64,000 bases of DNA from the human T2T-CHM13v2.0 reference genome, Homo sapiens, in NCBI RefSeq assembly GCF_009914755.1, contig NC_060943.1; one strand, written 5' to 3'. This document shows, piece by piece, positions 1 through 64,000 of this stretch. How positions within the stretch are numbered: the stretch's first letter is position 1; each line of letters starts with the position of its first letter. The position numbers and the translations under genes were made by a program. Under the pieces are notes generated by a model that saw only the letters and a program-made list of their open reading frames with translations, was not told the DNA's origin and did no database searches.

Positions 1-1190
<1,190 letters not shown>

Positions 1191-1802
1191 TGCCTATTGG
1201 TTTGAGTTGCTTTTCTTAGCTCACCTGAAAGTATGAGGTCTGTGGGTAGGTACAGACCTTTTAGGCAGCAACACGCATGTTTTTGTGCAGGTGCTCTGGG
1301 TGACCTTGTAGATAGATGCTGCTTGGTACTGGTCCCACTTTGTTCCTTCATCCTCAGGTCAGGTCTGCACTGCCTGTTCCGTCTCCACTCCTGGTAGCCT
1401 GTGGGAGTCACAGCTGAATAGTCATCTCGTACTGGGATTTTACTCTGAGTGCATGAGTTGTTTCCCTAGGAAAAACATGCTGTCTTTCTGGATCGTAAGG
1501 GACAACTAGCTAAAGCTCCTAGCCGACCTGTCGTCCAGCCCTCACTCTCCTCCTGCCAGACTTCTCTGTATTGCCTCCACTTCTCTGAGTGTGTAAACCT
1601 GGGCTCACTTTTCCTTTTGAAGTGGTAAAATACTCAGGATAGAAAGTTGCTACTTTGTCTTCAAAGCCATTGTCCTGACCTATCCTTGACTGTCCAGGTG
1701 AACACACCATCTTCTGCTGAGCCCTGAGATTATGACCAAGGCGGGGTGAGTTCCATACAGTCTTGGGTTCCGAAAAGTGGTGAGTTTAAAATCTGCACAT
1801 GT

Positions 1803-3008
<1,206 letters not shown>

Positions 3009-5526
3009 TAAGTATAGAACTTAGTGCTGTTTTAGTAAATTTACGGAATTGGGCAGCCACCACAGCAGTGCCTTGCTGTCTCTGATTTCTCTTTCGCTCC
3101 TTTCCGCTCCCTCCCCACCACCCCTTGTCAGACCCTGTGCTCATGCCCAAGGTCACCCGTTAGGGAGGTGTGTCCACCGCCTCAGACTGAGCCCTGCCCT
3201 GGGGAGGTCAGAAACATGGCCAAGCCCTGGCCCCATGCTCCCCCGCCTTTAAGCCCCGTGTCTGTTAACTTTTGCACCCTCTGCGAGCTGCTGGGCAACC
3301 TCTTCAGCCTGGCCCTGGACTTCAGCCATCCCCTGCTGTTTTCTTACTTCCTGGCCTTGCTGTGCTTGTGGGACTGAGGGCAGTGAGGCCAGCAGAGGGA
3401 GAGTGAAGCCTTTGACCCCCGCGGTTGCACTGTTAGAAGACAGCACGTGCCGCCTGGCCAGGGTGCTGTGAGGGCCCCAGGAGTAGGAGTGGGCTCCCCT
3501 GCTAAGGGAAAGCCTGTGGGAATGGCGCCTCTGGAGTTGTTCAGAAGCTGTACCTGCCAGGCAGAGGGGTGGGCACAGCACTTTGCCTAGAAGGAGGGAG
3601 GGTGGATGTGGGGCCAGTGGGGCCAGGGCAGGGGCTGGGCTGTGTCCTGGAGCCTTTAGGAGCTGCTGGGGTGCCTTGACCAAGGCTGGGAGGAGGGCTC
3701 TGAGATGGCAGTGGCGGGGGTTAGGGGAGGGGCTGTGGTGTTGGAGGTTGGGCATTGTGGCCCAGGTTGGACCCCGAATGGATGGAGGGGCCACAGGGCA
3801 GTGGAGACGGAGGACACCGGGATCAGGGCTGTGTGTGTACATGTGTGTATGCATGAGTAAGTGTGTAAGTGTGTGTGCCTGTGGGAACTGCCAGGGTACC
3901 GGCTGCCCCCTCCCAGTCCTCACAGGGAGCCACAGACTTAAAAAGCAGCTCCAGCTCCTGCCTGTGGTCTCATCAGGGTCCATAATTCCCCAGGCTGAGC
4001 CGGGGCTCTCTCCGCTGGGGAGGCACCGTCCTGAGGGCCTTGTGAGAGGGAGAGGCCTCCCCAGAGCGGCTGCAAGGAAGCTAAAGGGCACATGCTGGGC
4101 AGCAGCTCACAACTGAGGGGCAGTTTGTGCTTGTCATGGTGGTGAGAGTGCTTTCATGGTGGTCGGGATAGTCTAGCTTGGCAGAGAAGGGCCGTGACAC
4201 CCAGCTGTGCTCTGTGGCATTCAGGGCCGAGGGGCCTGGCTGGAGGGGCTGGTGGGAGGAGTGGGTCCGGGCCCTGGCACCAGTGCTGTTCGGGGCTCCG
4301 GAGGGTTCATGGCCTTGAGCTCTCCTTGCTGGAGCACATACCTATGAGAGCAAAGTTCTGCTTTCTCTGATACATGGAGGGCTGCTGGGTCCTGGAGTCT
4401 GGTGGCTGGCAGCAGGTCCTTGTGCCTTTTTCTGTGTTGGTCGAATAGCAGCTTAAGAGCCGGGTAACCCAGCCGGGCTTCTCAGGTCCCGTGGGCCTTT
4501 GCCAGGATGGTGTCTAGATGTGTAAAGGTGGCTCGTTGGGCTCTAGAGAGCCCTTGTGACAGTGAGCATGGCATCTTCCTGAAGCATCAGCTCCTTGCAG
4601 AGCGAGTGCAGGCTCCTGGCGGCCCTGGGAGAGGGGGTTGCAGATCCCAGGCAGAGGTGTTTGGTCAGAGCTGCGCTGCCTGCACCGTCCTCACCTCTTT
4701 TTCAGTACGGGGATCCATGCGCATAGCTTGCAGCCCTGCTGCATCCTCCGTGTAGAAACGTCTACGATGAATTCTCTAACATACAAGAGCTGGTGAGCCC
4801 TGTGCCTCCGTCTCCCTGATGAGACAGTTGTGAAGGTTTTCTTCTCCCTGTTTTCTTTTTTTTTCTTCACTGGTGTGTGTTTTTAAAGCAAGTCTTTTGT
4901 GTCCTTTCACCTTTGTGTCTGAGGTGGAGCCCTGTGAATTGGCGATACTCAGCCATTTTGACCTGCAGTATGTAGTATGCATTTCTAGAAGCAGAAAAGG
5001 GCGCCTGTCCTGAATAGCTGCAGCGCCGTTATCACACAAGCAGCGTCAACAATGGCTTTTCACGATTGTCCGATATGTAGGGACAGTTGGCCTCTCTCCA
5101 CAGCAGATTCTTTACTGGGATCCTGGAGGTCCGCTGTTGAGATGATGGCTGTCTCTGGGCCCTGCGTTCCGAGCGGCCTCTCCCGCTGCTTTTCATCTCG
5201 CCAAGCTGCAGTCTGGCCTGGGTTGTTGTCCTGTGAGGTGTGCACCTTCTGGACTGAACCCCTCATTGTCACACTTCAGCTTCTTGCTGAAGGTGTGGAG
5301 TGGATTTCATCTCAGGCTGTGGGCTCCAGGGAGAGTGGCTGATCCCCGGGCTGGGAAGGCAGGGGCGGCCTGAGGTGAGCTGGGGATGCCTTGCACACTC
5401 GGCCCGTTGAAATGAACCTCACGCGGACTCTAGCACACCTGGCTGGAACAAGGGTCTGCCGGTCCACACAGGTGCCATTGGTGAGAGGGGAGGCGAGAGG
5501 CCCTTTCTCTTTGGGAAGAACGAATG

Positions 5527-8190
<2,664 letters not shown>

Positions 8191-9575
8191 CCCTGCCGAG
8201 GAGCTGCTTCTTGGTGAATGCCTGGGATGGGTACAGGGAGGCCTTGCCCCTCCAGAGCCTCCCTGGTGAGGGGATAAGTTGACAGCCTCAAAGGACTTTA
8301 TTGGAGTGGCAGCTCTGTGCCAGCTGAAGATGATGACCCTCTTGTCCTTCACCCATCATGTCCCCTGGCGTGGGCTGTGGAACTTCTCTGTGCCAGGCAC
8401 TGTCCCCTACTGCTGTTTTACCTCATTTCATGATAGTTCCTAGGGTCAAATATATTTTTGAAATTAATGTTTTATCTTGAAACTTTTCAGAGAGTGAAGG
8501 GAGAAGTTAACCCAGAAGTCAGCTTGTGTTGTGACCAGATCACTGCAGGGCAGCATTGGGCCCAGTGTGCATCTGTGCGTGCAGGTAGCACGTGCCCATG
8601 CACCCCAGCCAGGCGGGCTGGAGGGGCCTCTGTGGGGTGCTGCTCCCCATGAGCACCTGTCCCTAGGCTCGCACAGGTGCTGCATCACACAGCAAGGGCA
8701 TTAGGCCGAGGGGCTGTCTGGGGTGCTGGGACTGGCAGTGGGAGATTTGGTGCCGTCCCTAGGGGAGCTCCCATCACTCCTCCCTGGCCCTTAATTTTGT
8801 GCCACCTTGTGTTCTGCCATGACACAGTGCTCCCGCTGCCTGACCCCGTGGTGGGGTTAGGTGGCCTATGGGGGCCATGCCAGGGACTGTTGGCCATGTC
8901 ATTTGAGGTGCTGGTACTTGGGAGTGGCATGAGGAGCCCCAGTGGCTGTGTGGTCTCCTTGCAAGTGTCCTGTGCAGTTGTGGCCTGATGACTTAGAGCC
9001 ATGCGCTGTCTGCCTTTGCTGAACATAGAAGAGGCGCCTTCAGTGAGGGTGTGGCCTCGGTTGCCAAGGGTATCTCAGTGTTCAGTTTCTACTTCATCCT
9101 CAGGAGAGGGCTGCCTTGAAGGGATGGGGAGGGTGAGGTGGCAGTGGATGTGGCCAGTGACATTTCCACATCTGCATGGGTGGCAGCTTCGTAGTGTTTG
9201 ATGAGCCTTACACTGTGGTGGGTCTGGCATCATGAAGCTGTCCTCAGGGCACACTGCTGTCAGTCTGTAAAAGTCACCCTGCTCCTTGTGGTCCTCAGTC
9301 ATGGGAAAGAAGCATCTTCCTAAGCATCCTGGTTGTGGGCATGGACATGGCTCTGTGGCTAGGCGGGGGTTAGACCAGCTGTGTGGGGGACCGGGGGGTG
9401 TAGAAGGCCACCAGTGGCCCTTTTTTGGCCAGGTAGGTTTGCTAGAGAAGAGTGAAATCCAGTCAGAACAAGGGAAACTGTCTCAAAGCAGAGATGAGGC
9501 CAGAGTGTCACACCAGAGTCATCGAGGCTGGTTCTTCTGCACTGAGTCCTGGAAGCTGCAGCCTCACTCAGGTGA

Positions 9576-29783
<20,208 letters not shown>

Positions 29784-30193
29784 GCAAGCCCCCCTGGAGC
29801 AGGCCTGGCCCCACCCCAGCCTCAAGGAGAAGGATGGGAGGGGGCTCTCCCCAGGGAGCTGCACTGGAGGGGTGGTATCTGGAAATGTGTGCTGTGCCTG
29901 GTGGGGGTCATAGGCCCTCAGGGCCAGCTTGGCCTGTGCCCTTCACTGCTAGTCAGGGTGGCTCCTCACCCCACCCTACCCCATCCTGTCTGCTCCGGGG
30001 ACCACCGCGGGACCTCAGTTTCCTCATCAGAGTCGGGGAGGGCAGCTCGGGCTCTCCCTCACTGTCCTGTGTGCTGGGTACCTGTGGGGCTCAGGTCGCA
30101 GCCTCTCACCGCCTCCTGCCCTTCTCCCTCCTGACAGGTGGCGGCGGAAGAGCTAAGCAACGTGGCTTAGTCCATCAGCATCTTATTCTGGGT

Positions 30194-30212
30194 AATAAAA
30201 AATAAAAATAAA
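30194..30212 (+). terminator. Triple AATAAA, candidate proximal poly(A) signal of UPF1
   Basis: AATAAA at 30194, 30201 and 30207. Confidence 0.6.
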
Positions 30213-31827
30213 CGGATACCTGTTTTCCACTGCTAAAACTGAAGCACCACTGTGTGAGCAACAGGAAGGGAGAGCGCACGAGGGAGAGGAGCCGAGGCCG
30301 AGCGCCCCCTGCTGGCCCGCGGCGGCGAGGAGCAGAGGGAGCGGAGGAGGGGCCGGCCCGCGGGAGCCGCGGCCACCAGGAGGCCCCGCTCCGTCCCATC
30401 GGGGCTGCGGCCAGGGCGGAGGGAGGAAGACCCTCATCTCAGAGTAGCCCTTTCCTCTGTTCTTTTATTTCTTTTTCTCTTTGATTGAAAGGGGACTACG
30501 TCTTAGCAGGAAAAAAAACTTCGCATTTCTGTGCCCGAGCAGGCTCCTTGCAAAGACAGCAGCGTGCGGGGCAGAGCCCCGGGAGGGCGCGTCTGTCCAC
30601 GCCTACCGGACGCGCCGAGGTCGCGCTGCCTGTGTTCTCCGAGGGCCTTCATTTAAAGAAAATAAGGGTGTTTTGGGTTTTTCTCTTTGTTTTTTTCAAG
30701 ATTCTTTTAAAGGAGTACTGAAGAATACTTTCCTAAGTTTGTCTCTAAAATCTTAGCGGTGGACCTGGGAGATTTGAGAAGCTTCCAGAAACAGTTTAAA
30801 CAAGCCAGCGCTACTGGAGAAGAGGAGCAACACCTGTGCCGCGGCCGGAGGAGTTTTGTTGTTGGTTTTAGCTTCCAGTGGCTTCTTTCTGCGGGGCATC
30901 AGGCTGCTGGGGTAGCCGCCCGCCGAGCCTGGAAGCTGCTCGTTCTCCGCTGGACTCAGAAGCCAAGCTGCTTCCCGCCTAGACTCGGCGCAGGGCCCCG
31001 CACCGGTGAGGAAGGTGCTTTTGGCCCCATTGCGAGGGGCCTTGGCCAGGACTGGCCCTGTGGCCAGGAGGCGAGAAGGTGGCTGTTCCCGGATTGACGG
31101 CTTTTTCCCGGGGGCCTTTGGAAGATTTGGTGGAAGGACAAGAGGGCCTGTCCCTGTCCCCGTCCCCAGGAGGTACCGACAGTCCCTGTGCTGGTTAGAC
31201 ACGGAGCGCTGCACACCGAAAGCCCAAATTGGGAGCTCTGCCTGCCGGCAACTTTGCTGATGGGGTGATTGCTGCTTCTGGGGGGTAAGGAAACAAGTTA
31301 CAGAAATTACCGCGTTCTGTGTGAAGGGACTGAGGGTGTGGTGTCATTGGCAGAGGGTCATTTTAGGAGAGCTGCCCCAGCCCCTCGAACGCCTGGCTTG
31401 GGGTGTCATTCTGCCTGGCGGCCAGGCCTCCAGCTTCCCCTGCCCCGGGCCTGGGGCTGTCACTGGCCCTGATCCGAACACCTCCAGATTCCGGCTTCTA
31501 CATGGGACAGACGGGGACGCACAGGCCACCTTCCTTCTGGCAGGGACTCTTATTTATTCCCATTGCTCTAGGGCTTTCGGTTTCCCCTTCTTCCGGTAGG
31601 CCGCGTAGAGGCATGCACCGGGTAGGTTTCCGCGGTGACCCCGCGGCGGCCTGAGGGACGCTCCCTGCCCCATCCCGGCTGTTGGGCTGGGCCGCTTTGC
31701 CTCTGCTTCGCCCTGTGCTGTGTTCTCCAGCTTTGTAGCAGCAGCCTTGACAAACCCAGGCGCACTGTACCAAGGCAATGTAACTTTTGATTTTCGGTCA
31801 ATTTAAGTTCTTTTGTCACCAAATATT

Positions 31828-31833
31828 AATAAA
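31828..31833 (+). terminator. UPF1 distal poly(A) signal
   Basis: AATAAA preceded by U-rich sequence and TGTA motifs. Confidence 0.9.
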
Positions 31834-32178
31834 CAGTTTTGACTTCACACCAAGGTTGGATAAACTGCAGGGGGTGGAGGGTGCTGGGGTTTTGCCTTGG
31901 CTGAGTGACGGGTTGGGGTGTGAAGGAGGCCAGAGGGAGACAGGCAAAGCCCAGAAGGGACAGGTCTGCCTTGCAGGACTGAAGGGCGACCCCTGCCCCT
32001 GGGCCCTTCCCGTAGGCAGCACCTGGGCCTGTCCGGGCGGCTCCCCGGAGTGGCGCGTTAGGCCTCTGGCAGGTGGCCTGGAGGTGGAAAGGCCTATCCG
32101 ATCACCAAGACTGAGGGGCGCCCTCCCCACCCCCCAGGCAAGGAGTCCAAGGAGACCAGCGGAGCAGACCACGCGGCA

Positions 32179-32184
32179 TTTATT
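32179..32184 (-). terminator. GDF1 / CERS1-GDF1 poly(A) signal
   Basis: TTTATT on + (AATAAA on -), 29 nt after the GDF1 stop. Confidence 0.9.
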
Positions 32185-32213
32185 GTTGGGCCCGCGTCCC
32201 TGCCCGCCCCGGG

Positions 32214-33374
<1,161 letters not shown>

Positions 33375-33477
33375 TCAGCATCAAGCAGAAGGACTGGTCT
33401 TGGGAACCCCCTGACATGTGTCCCCGGCGTGCAGCAGATGACGAGGAAAGGGTGAGGTGCGGTGGCCGAAGTTGCTA

Positions 33478-59695
<26,218 letters not shown>

Positions 59696-61361
59696 ACCGC
59701 CCGCTCGCCCGCCGTGCCCGTCGCCTGCGCCCGCCCGCGGTAGCCGACGGAGCCGCGCGCCCCGCGTCACGCGCCGCAGCTGGGCCGGGGGCGCGCGGGC
59801 GGGAGAGCGGAGGGCGGAGGGGCGGGACCGGCGCAAGCTCCGCCCCGCTGGGGGCGCGGCTGGGGGGCGGCCAGCGGGGACGCGGGGCGCCCTGGAGGCG
59901 GGCCCGCGCCCCTGCCCGTTTCCCAGCAGAGAAACCCAGGCGCGGGGGCCGGAGCTGGGGGCCCGTTGGACCTGGACCCCGAGAGACCCCGCGCACCGCC
60001 GTGTCGCGCCCCCATGCCTGCCCCGCGCGCCCCCCGCTCCCCCACCCCACCGCGCCGTGCCCGTGACGGGGGGCACGGGGGACACTAGCAGGCAGTCCCC
60101 TCGACTGGCGACCCCCGCTTCTCCCGGCCCTCCAGCACGCCACGCCGCTCCCGCTCCATCGCCCCGGCCCGCTCCGACCTCACCGTTCTTGGAGCCCTCG
60201 CTCCTTCTCAAGGACCCGAGGCCTGGCACGCCTTGGCACAGTCTTGGGACCATCCCGTGGCCCTCCCGCATTCAGGAGGCGTAGGCTCAATGAAACATTC
60301 TCATTCTTCAAAAGGACACGGCCCACGCCAGGGCGTTGGGAGGCGCACCTAGTGGAGACGCAGCTCTCTGCCCTACACCAGGAGCTTGGCAATGGGGTTC
60401 CAGCTTGGACGCGGGTACCCTGGGCACTTCCCAGGCATCTTCTTCTGCAGGTCTGCACAGCGGGCTACTGGGACAAAGGTGTGATGGGGGCTGCTGAGAT
60501 TAGGGGGTTCTCTGAGGGTCACTTGCTGCTGTGACCCTGGGGAACCCGGGGGGGGGGGCTCCCCAACATCAGGTTAATACATGAGTTGCAGAGAGGCTGC
60601 AGGAGTGGGTGCCAACGTGGGAGGGACTCCCAATCTGGATCGACTGTGACATCATTGGGACCACCATAAGTGACTTTCCAATGCACTGTTCATTGACAAG
60701 GCCCTGTGCCCAAAGCCACTGAAGGCCATCGAGGAAGACACTGGTCACCTCTGTTAGGACCGCCATCTCCCCAGGCACTGCTGCACCCCCCCTCCATCCT
60801 AGCCCGCAGGATGTCCCCACACCTGGCCTTCAAGGTGCAGGATGCAGGGATGAGTCCTGCAGCAGCCGCGCTGGCTCCCGAACACCTGCACCTGAACTTC
60901 AGGGGCACAGGTGAACACACCTTCCCCTTGCCCCACACCGAGTCCCCCACAACACATCCAGGTGGCCCTGCATCTGGCCACTTCTCTGCATCTGCACAGC
61001 CTTGCCCCCCGCTCCCCGCCACCACCACCACTACCACCACTACCCTCTTCCGTCTGGTATCCTGGCTTCCTCCTCACCCCACAGAGGTGAGAAGGTGGCT
61101 GCGACGCTGTTGGCCTGTTCCTCGTCTGCTTGCAGCCCTCTATGGCTCCTGTTCCACTCAGGGAAAGCCCAAGTCCTCACTGGCTGCCCTCACAGCGCCC
61201 TGTTTCCCTCCGCCTGTGGGCTTTTCTGCTGTTCTTCCAACATGCCAAGCTCTGTCCTGCCTCAGGGCCTTTGCACTAGCTGTTCCCCCCTCCTGAAATG
61301 CTGTTCCCCTAGGTACCTGCATGGCTCTTCTGCCACCTGCTCAGGCTGCCCCCGACTCTGA

Positions 61362-61775
<414 letters not shown>

Positions 61776-63165
61776 TAGGGGTGGGGCACGAGGCTTGGCC
61801 TGGCCAATAGTTCAGGTCCAGCCGGAGGCCAGAGATGTGACTAACGCCACAACCTGCCTGGCAGGCAGAGGGGGACGAGGGGGATATGCTCTCAAAGGTC
61901 CAGCCAGGCCTGTGGGGCAGCCGTGGACAGTCCCAGCCACCTCCCTCCACCCTCTCGGCCAGCACTATCTGGTCACCATGGCGCCCATCGGTCACGGGAG
62001 AGGCGCCACCCACCCACCCACTAGCCCCAGCTCAGCCTCGAATTTCTTTTTGGCGGGTCCAGCCAGGAGGCTGCCAACGGGTGGGTGCAGGGCAGGAATG
62101 GAAGGCGGCTCTACTGGCAGCTGGGGACCAGGCACCCAAGGCTGGGCGGAGGTCAGTCTTGAGGCCAGTGTCCCCCCACCCACCCCAAGGTCTCCTCCCT
62201 CCAGAAAGCTCGGCCTGGACCCCTCCTAATGTCCCTGTCCAGGGAGTCCTCTTTTGCCACTTCCCTCCCCTACCAGGCTGGGGGCGGGGGTCGCTTGCTG
62301 TCCTGCCCTGGCAACCAGAGACGGGGTCTGGTTTCAAATGAATAGGCCTGGGTGTGGCTTGGGGAAACCCAGTCTTATCTTTTCCCTGGGAGATAAGCCC
62401 AGGCCAGGCTCAGAGGTCAAAGGGCATGCATCCCCATCCAGCGCCCCTTGACCTCACAGCCCTGTGCCACCGAGGGACCTCTGCACCGGTCATGCCCACT
62501 GCCAGGGTGCCTGTCCCCCTAGAACCTAGCCTGGCAGCTCCTTTTTGTTGTTCGGGTGGGCACAGCTCAATGGTGACATCTGGGAGGCTCCGGCCAGCCC
62601 TGCTGCCACCCACCCACCTCCCTCCCTAAATGGTGCGGCCGCCTCTCATCGCGGCTGGGTGCTTGGCCCCAGGACCCTGCCACAGCAGGACTCTGCCTTG
62701 GAGGAGGGTTTGCGGGGCGGCAGGAGCAGCACCTGGGGTTAACGCTGACCCTGCAGGGCCCCTCCGGCTTTGCTGAGCTGAGGCCTGAGTTTTTCCTGCC
62801 CTGGCCCCCACTTCCTCCAGGCCACTAGGGGTTCTCATTTTGAATCTTGGTGCCCCTCATGATAGCGGCATGACTTCTCTGTGCCTCAGTTTCCCCCGAT
62901 GCCAACCAGGGCTGCTCAGTGGCCTCTAGGGGCCAGGGTGAAGCATGGGGACAGGGCTGTGCTGCCTCTGGCCTGCAGGAGCAGGTTGTGGCTGTGTGAG
63001 GGGCGGGGTGGGGGTCTGCACACCTGCTGCTCGTCACAGACCCTGGTCTCCAGGAACAGCCCTGGATGCCAGTGCCCCAGGACTCTCCCTGAGCGTCAGC
63101 TCCCACACGCCCCCAGCAAAGTGACCAGAGCACATCATCAGGTGGAACACCCTGGAGTTGAGATA

Positions 63166-63171
63166 TTTATT
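63166..63171 (-). terminator. COPE poly(A) signal
   Basis: AATAAA on -, about 130 nt after the COPE stop. Confidence 0.85.
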
Positions 63172-63302
63172 AACAGATGGGGGTGCTGGGGGTGGGCTCC
63201 TGCCCCCAGAGGGGATGCAGGTGGATGCCGGGTGGGGAGGGCTGCAGGGCTGGCTCCTGGCCTCTGTCCTGGCTTCATGGTCCTGACAGCTCTGGGCCAG
63301 CC

Positions 63303-63350
63303 TCAGGCGCTGGGAGCGTACTGTAGCACCAGCCTGTCAAAGTCGTTCTC
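63303..63350 (-). CDS. COPE: COPE (coatomer epsilon) last coding exon
   Basis: ag|GAGAAC; ENDFDRLVLQYAPSA*. Confidence 0.93.
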   Translation of the reverse strand, partial: ENDFDRLVLQYAPSA

Positions 63351-63496
63351 CTTTAGCAAGACACATGGCAACACAGGGTGGGGGCAGGGTGTGGGGAGAC
63401 AGGTGGAGGGAGAGAGAGAGGGCGCATGTGAGCCCAGGCTGAGCTCCAGGCGCCCCCTGGCCTGGTTCTCGGGGACAGGCCATCCCCACCACTCAC

Positions 63497-63571
63497 CTTG
63501 GCCTGGTACTCCTTGATGAAGGGATGGGACCTGTGGGCATCCTTCAGCTGGGACAGGTATCGGTTTGTCAC
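63497..63571 (-). CDS. COPE: COPE penultimate exon (75 nt)
   Basis: ctgcag|GTGACA...AAG|gtgagt; [25 protein letters not shown]. Confidence 0.93.
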
Positions 63572-64000
63572 CTGCAGGGGAGGCAGGGAGGCAGGTGAGC
63601 CGAACACGGGGACCCCACGGTGGCTCTGACCTGCTGGACAGGGGTGGATTGGGGTGAGAGCCACAGTACCCCAGGGGGCTCCTCACCCTGCCTTGGGACT
63701 GGGCTGATCTCGGAGAACCTTCAGGGTGGGGGTGGAGGGATGGGCCTGCCCCCTGGAGAGGCGCTGGCATGGAGCTGGCCTCCGTACATGGTGGGGGATG
63801 TATTGTGGTGTTCAGGGGAGCAGGTCGGGCAGGGCCCCAGGTGAGGATGGGTTGGGGGGCACAGGGTTTGTGAGGGAGGTGGGCTGCGGTAGGCATACTG
63901 TATACAGAGTTTTCCCAGGGGCCTAGGGATTAGGGCCTGGACCCCAGGCTGGGGTCCCAGGGTCTGGACATTAGGGTTGGCCTGGAGCCCTGGGGGCCGC

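Larger units (their letters stand above)
30138..31850 (+). other. UPF1: UPF1 non-coding last exon (long 3'UTR); end approximate
   Basis: Polypyrimidine acceptor cttctccctcctgacag|GTGGCG; AATAAA at 31828-31833. Confidence 0.85.

Noticed and set aside
3249-4116. 280-aa and 177-aa overlapping ORFs in UPF1 intron 1
   Set aside because: Low-complexity P/G/R-rich products of GC-rich DNA with no recognisable domain

Overview
Human (or near-human primate) genomic DNA, recognisable as the chr19p13.11 UPF1 / GDF1-CERS1 / COPE locus. + strand: UPF1 from inside intron 1 to its 3' end. Coding exons 2-23 (9594-29780) splice by hand into 1041 codons plus stop, and a non-coding last exon runs to about 31850. 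- strand: the bicistronic CERS1-GDF1 unit, with CERS1 (7 coding exons, 59695->34194, 350 aa), a 269-nt AUG-free spacer and GDF1 (33924->32214, 372 aa), converging on UPF1 with about 345 nt between poly(A) signals. The last two exons of COPE lie at the right end. Introns are dense in Alu, L1, MaLR/ERV and MER repeats, and most ORFs in the supplied track are Alu- or GC-derived artefacts. I found no new protein-coding gene or clearly novel system. The best leads are in RNA-processing architecture: (1) a U12-type intron next to the UPF1 short/long-loop alternative donors; (2) a GC-AG intron 3 nt after the UPF1 stop; (3) a triple proximal AATAAA that would delete the UPF1 long 3'UTR with its miR-128 site and ARE; (4) a CERS1 splice-versus-polyadenylation switch controlling both GDF1 bicistrony and a KxKxx ER-retrieval tail; (5) a bicistronic mRNA that formally looks like an NMD substrate; (6) a templated inverted insertion scar at 36755-36792. 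Gene and repeat names come from recognition, not database searches; repeat boundaries are approximate.
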